Of a DNA stretch of 64,000 nucleotides, positions 9,411-17,462 are shown piece after piece. The notes beneath the pieces are model-generated. The model ran no database searches and was not told the origin of the DNA. It saw nothing but the letters and a program-made list of their open reading frames with translations. Source of the stretch: Patescibacteria group bacterium (lineage in GTDB: Bacteria; Patescibacteriota; Minisyncoccia; Phycocordibacterales; Phycocordibacteraceae); assembly GCA_040384725.1 (NCBI GenBank), contig JAZKIS010000009.1, forward strand, positions 14,075 to 78,074. The letters run 5' to 3'. Every line of letters starts with the position of its first letter. The stretch's first letter is position 1. Both the position numbers and the translations under genes were made by a program.

Positions 9411-9560
9411 CGTACGAAACGAAAGCATCTCCCAATAAAGGGAGATGGATCGTGTCCGGCATCGTCCCCTTACGGGTCTGGGAGCACCGTTTCCTGTTAG
9501 GGATGGTTGCTGGCGGGTCGTAGGCCCAGGTGCCTCTCCGCGCTCTTGATACTGCGTATT
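9411..9560 (-). promoter_or_regulatory. SAM-I (S-box) riboswitch with intrinsic terminator in the metK leader
   Basis: The minus strand reads UAUCAAGAGCGCGGAGAGGCACCUGGGCCUACGACCCGCCAGCAACC...GGUGCUCCCAGACC...GAUGCC. This matches the SAM-I core (UAUCAAGAG..GGAGGGA..GGCCC..GCAACC..GGUGC). It is followed by the hairpin CAUCUCCC-UUUAUU-GGGAGAUG and a U-rich tract. Confidence 0.7.
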
Positions 9561-9636
9561 CGGTTGTACTCGCTTAGGATAGCACGGGACTGTGTGGGGG
9601 ATATACTTGGTGCATACCCGTCATATACCTTCAATC

Positions 9637-10065
9637 ATGGAAGTAGAGATCAATTACTTAGCGGTGCTCCTCTCGACGCTTGCGTCGGTTATCTTAGGGT
9701 CGCTTTGGTTCGGCCCATTGTTCGGCAAGCAGTGGATGCGCCTCGCCGGCATCCAGATGCCCGGAGAGATAACTCGCGCCATGAAGAGGAGCATGATGCG
9801 TTCGTACGCGCTCGTTGCGCTCACCAGCTTCGTTATGGCAGCGGTGCTCGCGCACATCCTCTTCTACGTTACCGAGTTCTCGGACGTGTTTGGCGTCGAT
9901 ACCGCCATAACAACCGCGCTCTGGTGCTGGCTCGGGTTCGTGGTACCGGCGACCCTCGGCTCCGTGCTCTGGGAAGACCGTCCCTGGAAGTACTGGTTCA
10001 TAACGGCCGGCTTCTGGCTCGTTGCCCTCGTTGTTACGGCCGCGATATTAGCCGTCTGGCGCTAG
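9637..10065 (+). CDS. DUF1761-like small membrane protein
   Basis: Four hydrophobic helices. Start placed at MEVEINYL; the ORF is open from 9592. Confidence 0.5.
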   Translation: MEVEINYLAVLLSTLASVILGSLWFGPLFGKQWMRLAGIQMPGEITRAMKRSMMRSYALVALTSFVMAAVLAHILFYVTEFSDVFGVDTAITTALWCWLGFVVPATLGSVLWEDRPWKYWFITAGFWLVALVVTAAILAVWR

Positions 10066-10108
10066 GATTGAAATAGGGGAGTGTTTTAGGTATTGTACGT
10101 AGACCGGG

Positions 10109-10128
10109 AGCGGGTTCGCCCGCTTTTG
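10109..10128 (+). terminator. Short GC hairpin plus T-tract after the DUF1761 gene
   Basis: agcggg-ttcg-cccgc followed by tttt. Confidence 0.4.
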
Positions 10129-10132
10129 GTAT

Positions 10133-10203
10133 TGCGGGATCGTCTAATGGTAGGACAGCGCTCTCTGGAGGCGTTTATCTAGGTTCGAGTCCTAGTCCCG
10201 CAG
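10133..10203 (+). tRNA. tRNA-Gln (anticodon CTG)
   Basis: Manual cloverleaf. U1:A72 acceptor TGCGGGA/TCCCGCA, as in bacterial tRNA-Gln. D-loop AATGGTA, anticodon loop CT-CTG-GA, T-arm CTAGG-TTCGAGT-CCTAG, discriminator G. Confidence 0.85.
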
Positions 10204-10295
10204 CAATCAAGGAGGTGGTTTCGTGCGTCCTAAGAGCGTGGCTTGTGTTCTGTCAGGCAGGTGTGGAATTCCGCTGGAAAAGGTAGAATTTCAAT

Positions 10296-11357
10296 ATGAC
10301 TGGCCGCGAACTTCCCAAACCAAATACTCAATTCTTGAGTTGGTTTTATGGAGAGCATAAGAAAGGTACTTTGGTACTGAATCCTAAATATCAGCGAAAC
10401 CCGATCTGGTCTATAGGACAGAAATGTTTCTTGATAGATAGTCTTATTTCAGGCTCTCCAATACCTCAGGTATTTATAAACATACAGACTACCGGAAAGG
10501 GTGCGAGCAGGGCTACCCAATATGAGATTGTTGATGGTCAGCAGAGGTTGAGAGCTGTACTAGAATTTATGGACGACGAGTACGCCTTAATTCGCACGAC
10601 TGCGAAATCTTATCCTGTCTCTGACATATACGAACCGCAGATCGGGAAGAAGTATTCCGAACTTCCAGACAGTCTGCAAAGTGCAATATGGAACTATTCC
10701 TTAGCTGTGCAGGAATTGCGCGAATGGAACGATGTCGAAATTCGAGCTCTATTCCGTCGTTTAAATTATGTGGTTGAAAAGTTGTCTAACCAGGAGCTCA
10801 GGCACTCTCAATATTTCGGTGAATTTGTAGGAGCAGTTGAAGGACTCTCATCAGCAAAATTCTGGGATGATTTAAATTTCTTCACTCGAAGAGATTCACA
10901 GCGGATGAAAGACGTTGAATACGTCAGTGAGTTATTTGCGATATTGATTGATGGTATTCAGGACCAGCAAAAAACACTTGATCGTTTTTATGCGGACTAT
11001 GACGTTGTATTTCCACATAAAAGTAGGTATATCTCGACCTTCGGCCGAACACTCGAGTCGTTCAGGACAATTCAAGAGTATCTAGAGGAAAGTCGATTCA
11101 AGAATAAGGCGGATTTCTATACTTTGTTTGCTGCAGTCTCTGAGATAAACACTCGTACTAAAGTTGCAACTGACTTGAGTGAGGCAGAATCAGCATTAAG
11201 GCGATTTGAACAGGAGCTGGCAGCTCCTGTTGAACAGTTAAGAGGAAAGGCAAGTCGTTATTACCAGACGGTTATAGAAGGCCCAAATAAGAAAGCTAAG
11301 CGCGAAGAACGTACAGCTATATTTCGGGAAATCTTATCAAGAGCCCTGAAAACTTAA
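10296..11357 (+). CDS. DUF262 (ParB/sulfiredoxin-like) domain protein
   Basis: N-terminal YQRNPIW...LIDSLISGSPIPQVF...YEIVDGQQRLRAV carries the DGQQR signature of DUF262, the N-terminal module of GmrSD-type enzymes. No DUF1524/HNH is found within the same ORF. Confidence 0.75.
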   Translation: MTGRELPKPNTQFLSWFYGEHKKGTLVLNPKYQRNPIWSIGQKCFLIDSLISGSPIPQVFINIQTTGKGASRATQYEIVDGQQRLRAVLEFMDDEYALIRTTAKSYPVSDIYEPQIGKKYSELPDSLQSAIWNYSLAVQELREWNDVEIRALFRRLNYVVEKLSNQELRHSQYFGEFVGAVEGLSSAKFWDDLNFFTRRDSQRMKDVEYVSELFAILIDGIQDQQKTLDRFYADYDVVFPHKSRYISTFGRTLESFRTIQEYLEESRFKNKADFYTLFAAVSEINTRTKVATDLSEAESALRRFEQELAAPVEQLRGKASRYYQTVIEGPNKKAKREERTAIFREILSRALKT

Positions 11358-11363
11358 GCGCAT

Positions 11364-12044
11364 ATGAGTTTGGCTAGCGAAGAGGTACGCAAATTCATCG
11401 ACAGGGTGCAGGTGGCTGGAAACTACCACCGCGAGCTACTATCCGCGGTTCATTTAAAGACCCATCAGGCTTCGCTTGAAACGATGCTCTCGGAACAGTT
11501 TGTATTTAACATGGTGGTGTATTGGGAAGTTTTTGTGAGTGATCTCCTCCTTTCCTATCTTGTCATGTCCCCAGCACAATACCGCAAAACCCTGCGCGAA
11601 AAGATTCAAGCCTCAATAAAAGATCGTTATGGCAGCGCTGCAAGTAGAACTATTAGTTTCAGAAACGAAACGAGACTTTCGTTAGCTCAAGCAGCAGCCC
11701 TAGTTGACCCAAAAGATTTTAATATATCAGTAATTTCAGCTGATAATTTGGCAAAACGAGCAAACGAGATTCTTGCTGCAAAATATGCGAAGTCCTTTAC
11801 TCTTGACCCGGATGACAGACAGTTTGTAGATTTTCTAATTTCTATTAGAAACTATCTTGCGCACAGAAGTCAGGGATCACGAACTGCCTTGAGAAGCGCG
11901 GTTACATCTCTCCGGGGAATTAACTCTGACCTTAGTGGGAACATTACGAATGTGGGGACCTACCTTAAGGCAAAGAATGCTGCTGACGAGACTCGAGCAC
12001 TTGTCATAGCTCGCCGCCTAGAAGAGTTGGCTCTTAAACTCTAA
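11364..12044 (+). CDS. Putative HEPN-domain protein (Rx4-6H motif)
   Basis: 226 aa, mostly helical, with FLISIRNYLAHRS giving R-x4-H near the C-terminal third. It lies 7 bp downstream of the DUF262 gene on the same strand. Confidence 0.5.
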   Translation: MSLASEEVRKFIDRVQVAGNYHRELLSAVHLKTHQASLETMLSEQFVFNMVVYWEVFVSDLLLSYLVMSPAQYRKTLREKIQASIKDRYGSAASRTISFRNETRLSLAQAAALVDPKDFNISVISADNLAKRANEILAAKYAKSFTLDPDDRQFVDFLISIRNYLAHRSQGSRTALRSAVTSLRGINSDLSGNITNVGTYLKAKNAADETRALVIARRLEELALKL

Positions 12045-12071
12045 AGGATAATGTTCTAGACATAGTAATAA

Positions 12072-12893
12072 GTGCGTGGTTTTATAATAGACATGGATAT
12101 TTCTAAGCTTCCTGCACCGGATAGCGAAGAGCTCAGAGCTCTTGTTGAGAATGGGGTGACAAGAGATATATACGCTGCACTCTACGCGAATATGGATAAG
12201 TCGTTATCCATATCGGAAATCCGTTCCCTTCTAGGACTTGTTTCGGGAGAACAAGAGCATCTAAATCGTCGACTCCGTGATCTTTATGGTGCTTTTGAGA
12301 TTGAACGCACAAGACGCGGCAGGGATACGCTTTATAGATTGGTGTCTCGTGCAGAAAATCCTCATCAGACCGCTGGGCGAATTTCAGCAAAAGTCAGAGC
12401 ATGGATTCTCCGAGATCAACGCTGTAAGCAATGCGGGCGCACCCCTTCAGAAGACAAGATAAAGCTGCACGTCGATCATATTATTCCTCAGGAGTGGGGA
12501 GGCACTGATGCGGAAGAGAATCTACAGGCCCTATGTTCAGAGTGTAATGAAGGGAAGAAGAATTTCTATTCAAGTTTTAATGAGTTTGCGGAGAGCATCA
12601 AACAAGCCATAAGTTACGATGAACCCCACAAGCGTATTGGCGAGTTACTGAAAGCTTTTAATGGAAAACCTGTTCCATCTGACTTGCTAGAAGTGGTAGC
12701 AAAAGCAAAGCAATACCAGGACGATTGGCAGAAAAGAATGCGCGAGTTACGCGAACTTGGTTGGGATTATTCGTTTGAAAAGCGCAGGGAAGGATCTAGA
12801 GTAAGAACCTACTACGTCTTGCTGCACTCAGAGTCGTGGCCTGAGGGAAGTATTCGCGCTGAGATTAGGCGACGAGAACTCGAGAAGAAGTAG
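12072..12893 (+). CDS. HNH endonuclease
   Basis: CKQCG...KLHVDHIIPQEWGG...ENLQALCSECN is the canonical HNH/His-Me finger with a Cys4 zinc site. It has a roughly 120-aa N-terminal extension and a 100-aa C-terminal extension. Confidence 0.8.
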   Translation: MRGFIIDMDISKLPAPDSEELRALVENGVTRDIYAALYANMDKSLSISEIRSLLGLVSGEQEHLNRRLRDLYGAFEIERTRRGRDTLYRLVSRAENPHQTAGRISAKVRAWILRDQRCKQCGRTPSEDKIKLHVDHIIPQEWGGTDAEENLQALCSECNEGKKNFYSSFNEFAESIKQAISYDEPHKRIGELLKAFNGKPVPSDLLEVVAKAKQYQDDWQKRMRELRELGWDYSFEKRREGSRVRTYYVLLHSESWPEGSIRAEIRRRELEKK

Positions 12894-13896
12894 CCTTTGG
12901 TTTCTTCGGGGCGGTTGGTTTTCGGTCACCCTGCTCGATTGCCTTTCTGATTGCCTTTCTGATTGCTTTGCCAACAGCTTCAGCGACGGGAGGAGGAAAG
13001 GCATTACCAACCTGGCGATAAGCTGCGGTTTTTTTCCCTGAGAATTTCCACTCCTTTGGGAAGCCTTGAATGATTGCGGCCATCTGAACAGTCAGGCGGG
13101 GGTCACCATCAAAATCTGCTTGGGGAGCAAACTCAACTAAGCCCTTCCCGTCTACTCCAAGCGCGAGCCACGCTTTTTTCGCTCGTGTGGGTCCCAAATC
13201 AGCACCCCCGTGCTTTTTAGATCCTCCAACTAGTGTTGGTCCAACCTTAGAAGCTTTTTTCCGCCATGCATCAACTTTCTTCCAGCCGGCACTTGCCATC
13301 AGTTCATATAAAGCATCACCAACAGTCACAATCTTTTCCGTATTTCCTATGGGCCATTCGAAATGCTCGGCATACGGTTTCTGTAAGGCAACCATAAGTG
13401 TGCGCGGCCGAAGTTGAGGCACTCCAAAATGTGCTGCATGGAATAGCTTCCACGAGACAACATACCCCATGCGCTCCAACTTCTTTGTAATGACATCCCT
13501 ATAATCTTTGAACTTCGGATCTAAGAGACCTCTTACATTTTCAATCAATACTGCCTTGGGCTGAGTTTCTTTAACGAGCTTAAGCATGGCAGGAAAGAGA
13601 TCACGCTCATCAAGTTCTCCAAGTTGCTTTCCAGCTTTTGAGAATGGGGGGCAGGGAACACCTCCCGCAACAAGATCAACACCTTTGTACTGAGTTCCCT
13701 TAAATTTATTTAAATCTGCTTGAATGACATTCCATTTGGGACGATTAAGTCGGAGTGTATTGCAAAATTGCTCTTCAATTTCTACCAGGGCTGCATGCTC
13801 AAACCCAGCGCGCTCGAGACCTATGGCCTGGCCACCTGCGCCTGCGCAGACTTCCAAAGAGGTTAATTTTTTACTTGATGCCTTAGCCATAAACAT
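12865..13896 (-). CDS. DNA (cytosine-5)-methyltransferase
   Basis: Motif I LEVCAGAGG, motif IV GGVPCPPFSKAG (PCP variant of PCQ), motif VI ENVRGLL, motif X QVGNAFPPP. It is convergent with the HNH gene and overlaps it by 29 bp at the 3' ends. Confidence 0.9.
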   Translation of the reverse strand: MFMAKASSKKLTSLEVCAGAGGQAIGLERAGFEHAALVEIEEQFCNTLRLNRPKWNVIQADLNKFKGTQYKGVDLVAGGVPCPPFSKAGKQLGELDERDLFPAMLKLVKETQPKAVLIENVRGLLDPKFKDYRDVITKKLERMGYVVSWKLFHAAHFGVPQLRPRTLMVALQKPYAEHFEWPIGNTEKIVTVGDALYELMASAGWKKVDAWRKKASKVGPTLVGGSKKHGGADLGPTRAKKAWLALGVDGKGLVEFAPQADFDGDPRLTVQMAAIIQGFPKEWKFSGKKTAAYRQVGNAFPPPVAEAVGKAIRKAIRKAIEQGDRKPTAPKKPKATSSRVLVA

Positions 13897-13914
13897 AATT
13901 CTACCAAAATTGAC

Positions 13915-14943
13915 CTAACTACGCTGTACGGGCAAAGCGCCTAGGAAAATCCTTTTTTCTTTCAAAATAAGTTGATTTTTCAAACACGACAAAAGTTCAC
14001 GCTTCTCCAGGAGCGTCCCTTCCCGCAGGACATATTTCGCATAATAACGAATATCAATATCTTCTGTATCAATTTCGTCAGAATTCCCGGAGACGACATT
14101 TTGAAAACGTCTGAATCTTCTCACCTCGTCCATGAGTTTATGTTTGACCCTTATTTCATCAATGTCTGTTTGATCTAGAAGCGCCTCGAATTGAGCAATC
14201 AGCTCTTCTTCTCGTAGGTATCCGCCACAGCAGTCTCGGTCTTTTGACCTACTACATCCGTAGTAAACGTATCTCGCTGTGAGACCTGTCTTTTTAATGT
14301 GCTTGAATTTTTCTTCAGCAGATACCCCTGAACCGCATAGTCCACAAGTAAGTAGTCGAGTGAAGGCGAATTCCTTCGTCTCACTCCGGACTATGCGGTC
14401 CCGCTTGAGTTGAGCTTGTGTCAGATCGAAGAGCTCTCGCGTGATGATTGGCTCATGCAGTCCGTTGTACCAATTGCCGCTCTTGGCTGGGTATTCGAAC
14501 TGTCCGTAGTAGAAGGGCATACCCAGGATCTTGTGGACGTTGCTGAGACTAAGATGTTTATTGCCACGGGGCGTCCTCAAGTTCAAATCAAACCTTAGCC
14601 AGTGGTATACCTTCCGCCCAGTCCATTTCTCGTACGCGACCTTCTCGAACATTTGCTTAATGATATGAGCTCGTTCCGGATCAGTTATGACATGTCCGCG
14701 ACGATCTGCTCGATTCTGACTTAGGTATCCTGTTGGTGCGGGAGAAGGCCATAGCCCCATCTCGCACCGCATGCGTAGACCTCGCTTCACGTTCACGCTC
14801 TTGTTGTCGTTATCGAGCTTCGCCTGAGAACAGAGAATCATGAGGAGGAATTTCTCGCTCGGCGAGTTGCTGAAGCGCTGCCCGTACGTCCGTATCTCAA
14901 CGAGTGCTTTCTGGTCCATAAGATCGACCAGAGTGCCGAGGTC
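13915..14943 (-). pseudogene. Large serine recombinase lacking the N-terminal catalytic (Ser) region
   Basis: The recombinase domain is retained, with a zinc ribbon (CGLCGSGV...YYGCSRSK..C) and a coiled coil. Homology to the resolvase domain starts only at ...DLGTLVDLMDQKALVEIRTYGQ.. (the late E-helix region). Upstream codons are not recombinase-like and hit a stop at 15049..15051. Confidence 0.7.
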
Positions 14944-14944
14944 T

Positions 14945-15250
14945 CCAGCGTTGCTGGATGCGTTGAAGGAATGCCGGGGTTGGGAAGAGGAGTTACAAGG
15001 AAAGACCGTTGCAGGTACGTCAGCCGGTGTCTGCTTCCTGTCTCGGTACTACTATAGCCTCAGCAATCTAGAGGTTCGAGAAGGTCTCGGACTCTTGCCC
15101 GTTAAGGCACTCGTACATTATCGCTCTGATTATAATGCCCCTAATATTGACTGGGACGTGGCATACCAAACGCTTGATGAGTATGGAGAGAATCTCCCGA
15201 TCCTCGCGCTTCCAGAAGGAGGATTCGAGATCATTGAAAAGACGTTCTAG
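14945..15250 (+). pseudogene. C-terminal fragment of a peptidase S51 (dipeptidase E/cyanophycinase-like) gene
   Basis: GKTVAGTSAGV...GLGLLP... matches the S51 nucleophile region (GxSAG) and the downstream part. There is no N-terminal half. Upstream DNA is the antisense of the recombinase. Confidence 0.5.
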
Positions 15251-15276
15251 CGGTCACTCGTCCGTCAGTTCAGTAT

Positions 15277-15311
15277 AAGGAAAGCCGCCCGTATACAGGG
15301 CGGCTTTCCTT
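15277..15311. terminator. Bidirectional terminator hairpin
   Basis: aaggaaagccgccc-gtatacag-gggcggctttcctt, near-perfect 14-bp stem. Confidence 0.5.
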
Positions 15312-15323
15312 GTCGAGAACAAA

Positions 15324-15581
15324 TTAGATAGCTTCGTCCGCTGTTATCTCTGCAGAATTTGTCCACTGCTGAACACGGCCCTTGAACTGGTCCCAGTCTG
15401 CAGCGACCCAATCTTTCGCTGCATCTACCTCGCCACTGAAGTTATCCAGCATGCTGGTACGCTCCAAACGTTCCTCAGCATCCATCTTCTCTATCTTTGC
15501 CGATTCCTCCTTCTTTACGCCCTCCCACCATTGGCGGTAGTCATTGCCTGCATCGTTAAGGTTTGGAGTGTCGTTATCCAT
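15324..15581 (-). CDS. Hypothetical small acidic protein (85 aa)
   Basis: ORF with a downstream terminator. No family recognised. Confidence 0.4.
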   Translation of the reverse strand: MDNDTPNLNDAGNDYRQWWEGVKKEESAKIEKMDAEERLERTSMLDNFSGEVDAAKDWVAADWDQFKGRVQQWTNSAEITADEAI

Positions 15582-15672
15582 ACGTATTGTTGGTTTAAGG
15601 TCTGCTAGATATAACTCGCGCTATGTGAGCTATCCTACGTTCCTCTGTATGAATGCTGGGTGAATCAGAAAT

Positions 15673-15996
15673 CTACCTGGATTTCTTCTTCTCAAGTATT
15701 CCCTGAACTGAAGGACTTATCGGTTTATCCTTGCGGTGGATACACCCGATCCAGCAGCAGGGGCGGCGCACACCTTCCTTGAGTTCGCTGATAAGTCTCT
15801 TTACGTGCTCCTCCCGGGTCTCTGCTTTCTTTACCGATGTAACCCAACAGATCCATTCGTTACGTGCGAGCGGCGTACGCTGTTCCCATGCAAAAAGTGC
15901 CTTCTTGTCTGAGGTAAGAGCCTTTCGTATGTCAGACGGCATTCTGTGCACCGTACCGCCAGGGAGTGCTTTCTCAGTCATACGTAAACTGTACAC
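15673..15996 (-). CDS. YdeI/OmpD-associated (DUF1801-like) family protein
   Basis: ...ETREEHVKRLISELKEGVRRP... resembles the YdeI/OmdA C-terminal signature. An alternative start at MTEKALP (15981) is possible. Confidence 0.45.
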   Translation of the reverse strand: MYSLRMTEKALPGGTVHRMPSDIRKALTSDKKALFAWEQRTPLARNEWICWVTSVKKAETREEHVKRLISELKEGVRRPCCWIGCIHRKDKPISPSVQGILEKKKSR

Positions 15997-16072
15997 CAGT
16001 TATGCAATGGGTGTGCAAAAGAGGCACAGATCTCTGAGACAATAGAGACATTAGCTAATCTTACGCATTTGT

Positions 16073-16456
16073 ATGGATATCACAGTCTTTCTCGCACAGA
16101 TCTGGGGACCGATTATGCTCGCTATCGGACTCGGTATCTTCGTTAGTCGCAGCTACTACCTAAAGCTCTATCGTGATCTGGAAAAGGAGATGCTCGCGGT
16201 CCTTATCTTCGGTATGGCCGGCACTGCGCTCGGTATCATGCAGATAAGCGTGCATAACGCGTGGAATACGCTCCCTCAGATAATCGTGAGCGTGCTCGGT
16301 TGGGGACTCCTGCTAAAGGGAGTCGTATTCATAATCGCGCCACGGTTCGTGGATCGTGGAGGAGATTGGGAAGCTAAGTCCGGATTGCTGCCGCTAGTAG
16401 CGACGGTACTACTCATACTGGGCGCGTACTTGGTCTGGGTCGGATACGCATCCTAG
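16073..16456 (+). CDS. Hypothetical 4-TM membrane protein
   Basis: 127 aa, hydrophobic. Confidence 0.5.
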   Translation: MDITVFLAQIWGPIMLAIGLGIFVSRSYYLKLYRDLEKEMLAVLIFGMAGTALGIMQISVHNAWNTLPQIIVSVLGWGLLLKGVVFIIAPRFVDRGGDWEAKSGLLPLVATVLLILGAYLVWVGYAS

Positions 16457-16520
16457 GTTCATGAAAACGTCACCTACTATCTCTTAGTATGCCGAGCGTA
16501 CAAGCCTAATAATTCCTTAC

Positions 16521-16772
16521 ATGGGTATCATCCTTTGGATTGTGTTCGGTGCGATTGTCGGTTGGCTCGCGTCTCTTATCATGAAGACTAACGGCCAGCA
16601 GAACCTGCTTCTTGATATCATCGTGGGTATTGTCGGTGCGGTGCTCGGCGGCTGGATCATGACTATGCTCGGCCAGGGAGGAGTAGAAGGCTTCAACCTC
16701 TACAGCTTCGTCGTCGCGCTTATCGGCGCAGTCGTGCTGCTCGCTATCGTAAAGATGGTTCGCAGGGGATAG
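16521..16772 (+). CDS. GlsB/YeaQ/YmgE-family stress-response membrane protein
   Basis: MGIILWIVFGAIVGWLASLIM...IIVGIVGAVLGGWI is the typical transglycosylase-associated protein pattern. 83 aa. Confidence 0.8.
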   Translation: MGIILWIVFGAIVGWLASLIMKTNGQQNLLLDIIVGIVGAVLGGWIMTMLGQGGVEGFNLYSFVVALIGAVVLLAIVKMVRRG

Positions 16773-16786
16773 GAAGCCTTACGCAT

Positions 16787-16822
16787 AAGAAGAGCCCGGT
16801 CTTTCTGGACCGGGCTCTTCTT
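16787..16822. terminator. Bidirectional terminator between convergent genes
   Basis: aagaagagcccggtc-tttctg-gaccgggctcttctt, perfect 15-bp stem. Confidence 0.6.
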
Positions 16823-17462
16823 ATTTCCTGCGGGCCTTCTTGTACTGTGTGTAGAAGAGGAATCCCAGAGCTCCCACGACCCCGAGAACGATCGCTACCT
16901 GGAGGAACGACTCTACGGTCGAGAAGTAGGCGAGCATCTCGTCAGCGGCCTCGATTCCCGCATACCCGAGGTAGAGGAAGAAACAGTCACGGAGGATAGA
17001 GCCGATGATCGTGGTGATGATGAACAGGCGGAGCGGGACCTTGAGCGCGCCTGCGCCGAACGACACAACGACGCTCGGAACGAAGGGGAGCGTTCTCAGA
17101 AGCGTAAGGAGGAGATAGTCCTTCCACCCATTCCCGAGACGCGCACCGAAGGATTCAATCTGCGCATGGGTTACCCCGAAGAATTTCGCGAACCTGCCTG
17201 AAAGCAGATCCTCTGCCTTATCGGCAACGACATAGACCACCAGTGCTCCAACGAGCTTGCCTGCTGTTGCTGCGAGGGAGAGCCCGAACAGCATCCAAAG
17301 CGAGTATCCCTGTATCTGCGCCAGGCTTCCCATAACGAGCATAACGGGACCCGAGGGAATAGGAGCGATAACTTCCTCTATTGCCGAAGAGACCGCGGCA
17401 AAAACCGGAAGCGGCATGGCGGTCGCAAGCGAGAGCATGAGCTCCTCCAGGTGATGAAACAT
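16821..17462 (-). CDS. DedA/VTT (SNARE-associated) family membrane protein
   Basis: Multi-TM protein with a conserved DedA-like core (..FGARLG..W..L...LPFVP). Confidence 0.65.
   Translation of the reverse strand: MFHHLEELMLSLATAMPLPVFAAVSSAIEEVIAPIPSGPVMLVMGSLAQIQGYSLWMLFGLSLAATAGKLVGALVVYVVADKAEDLLSGRFAKFFGVTHAQIESFGARLGNGWKDYLLLTLLRTLPFVPSVVVSFGAGALKVPLRLFIITTIIGSILRDCFFLYLGYAGIEAADEMLAYFSTVESFLQVAIVLGVVGALGFLFYTQYKKARRK

Larger units (their letters stand above)
10204..14945. mobile_element. Degraded integrative island (low GC) inserted 3' of tRNA-Gln, carrying nuclease and methyltransferase genes and a truncated serine recombinase
   Basis: The GC content drops abruptly, visibly AT-richer than the roughly 60% flanks. 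The island lies next to a tRNA gene. It carries a large serine recombinase remnant and restriction/defence-type cargo. Its right edge is a gene-fusion junction at about 14943/14945. Confidence 0.5.

Noticed and set aside
9239-9523. 94-aa plus-strand ORF upstream of metK.
   Set aside because: The region on the opposite strand is a SAM-I riboswitch leader. The ORF is spurious.
10209-10354. SD (AAGGAGG)-led GTG mini-ORF of 43 codons immediately after tRNA-Gln, overlapping the DUF262 gene start in another frame.
   Set aside because: It overlaps the better-supported DUF262 ORF. It is more likely a relic RBS or leader at the island boundary than a real gene.
12936-12965. 12-bp tandem repeat (gcctttctgatt x2) that could be mistaken for a repeat array.
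   Set aside because: It lies inside the methyltransferase C-terminus and encodes an (AIRK)n basic tail. It is far too short and not spacer-interleaved, so it is not CRISPR.
14840-14944. N-terminal 35 codons of the listed plus-strand ORF 14840..15250.
   Set aside because: This stretch is the reverse complement of the serine-recombinase coding region. Only the portion from about 14945 onward resembles peptidase S51.
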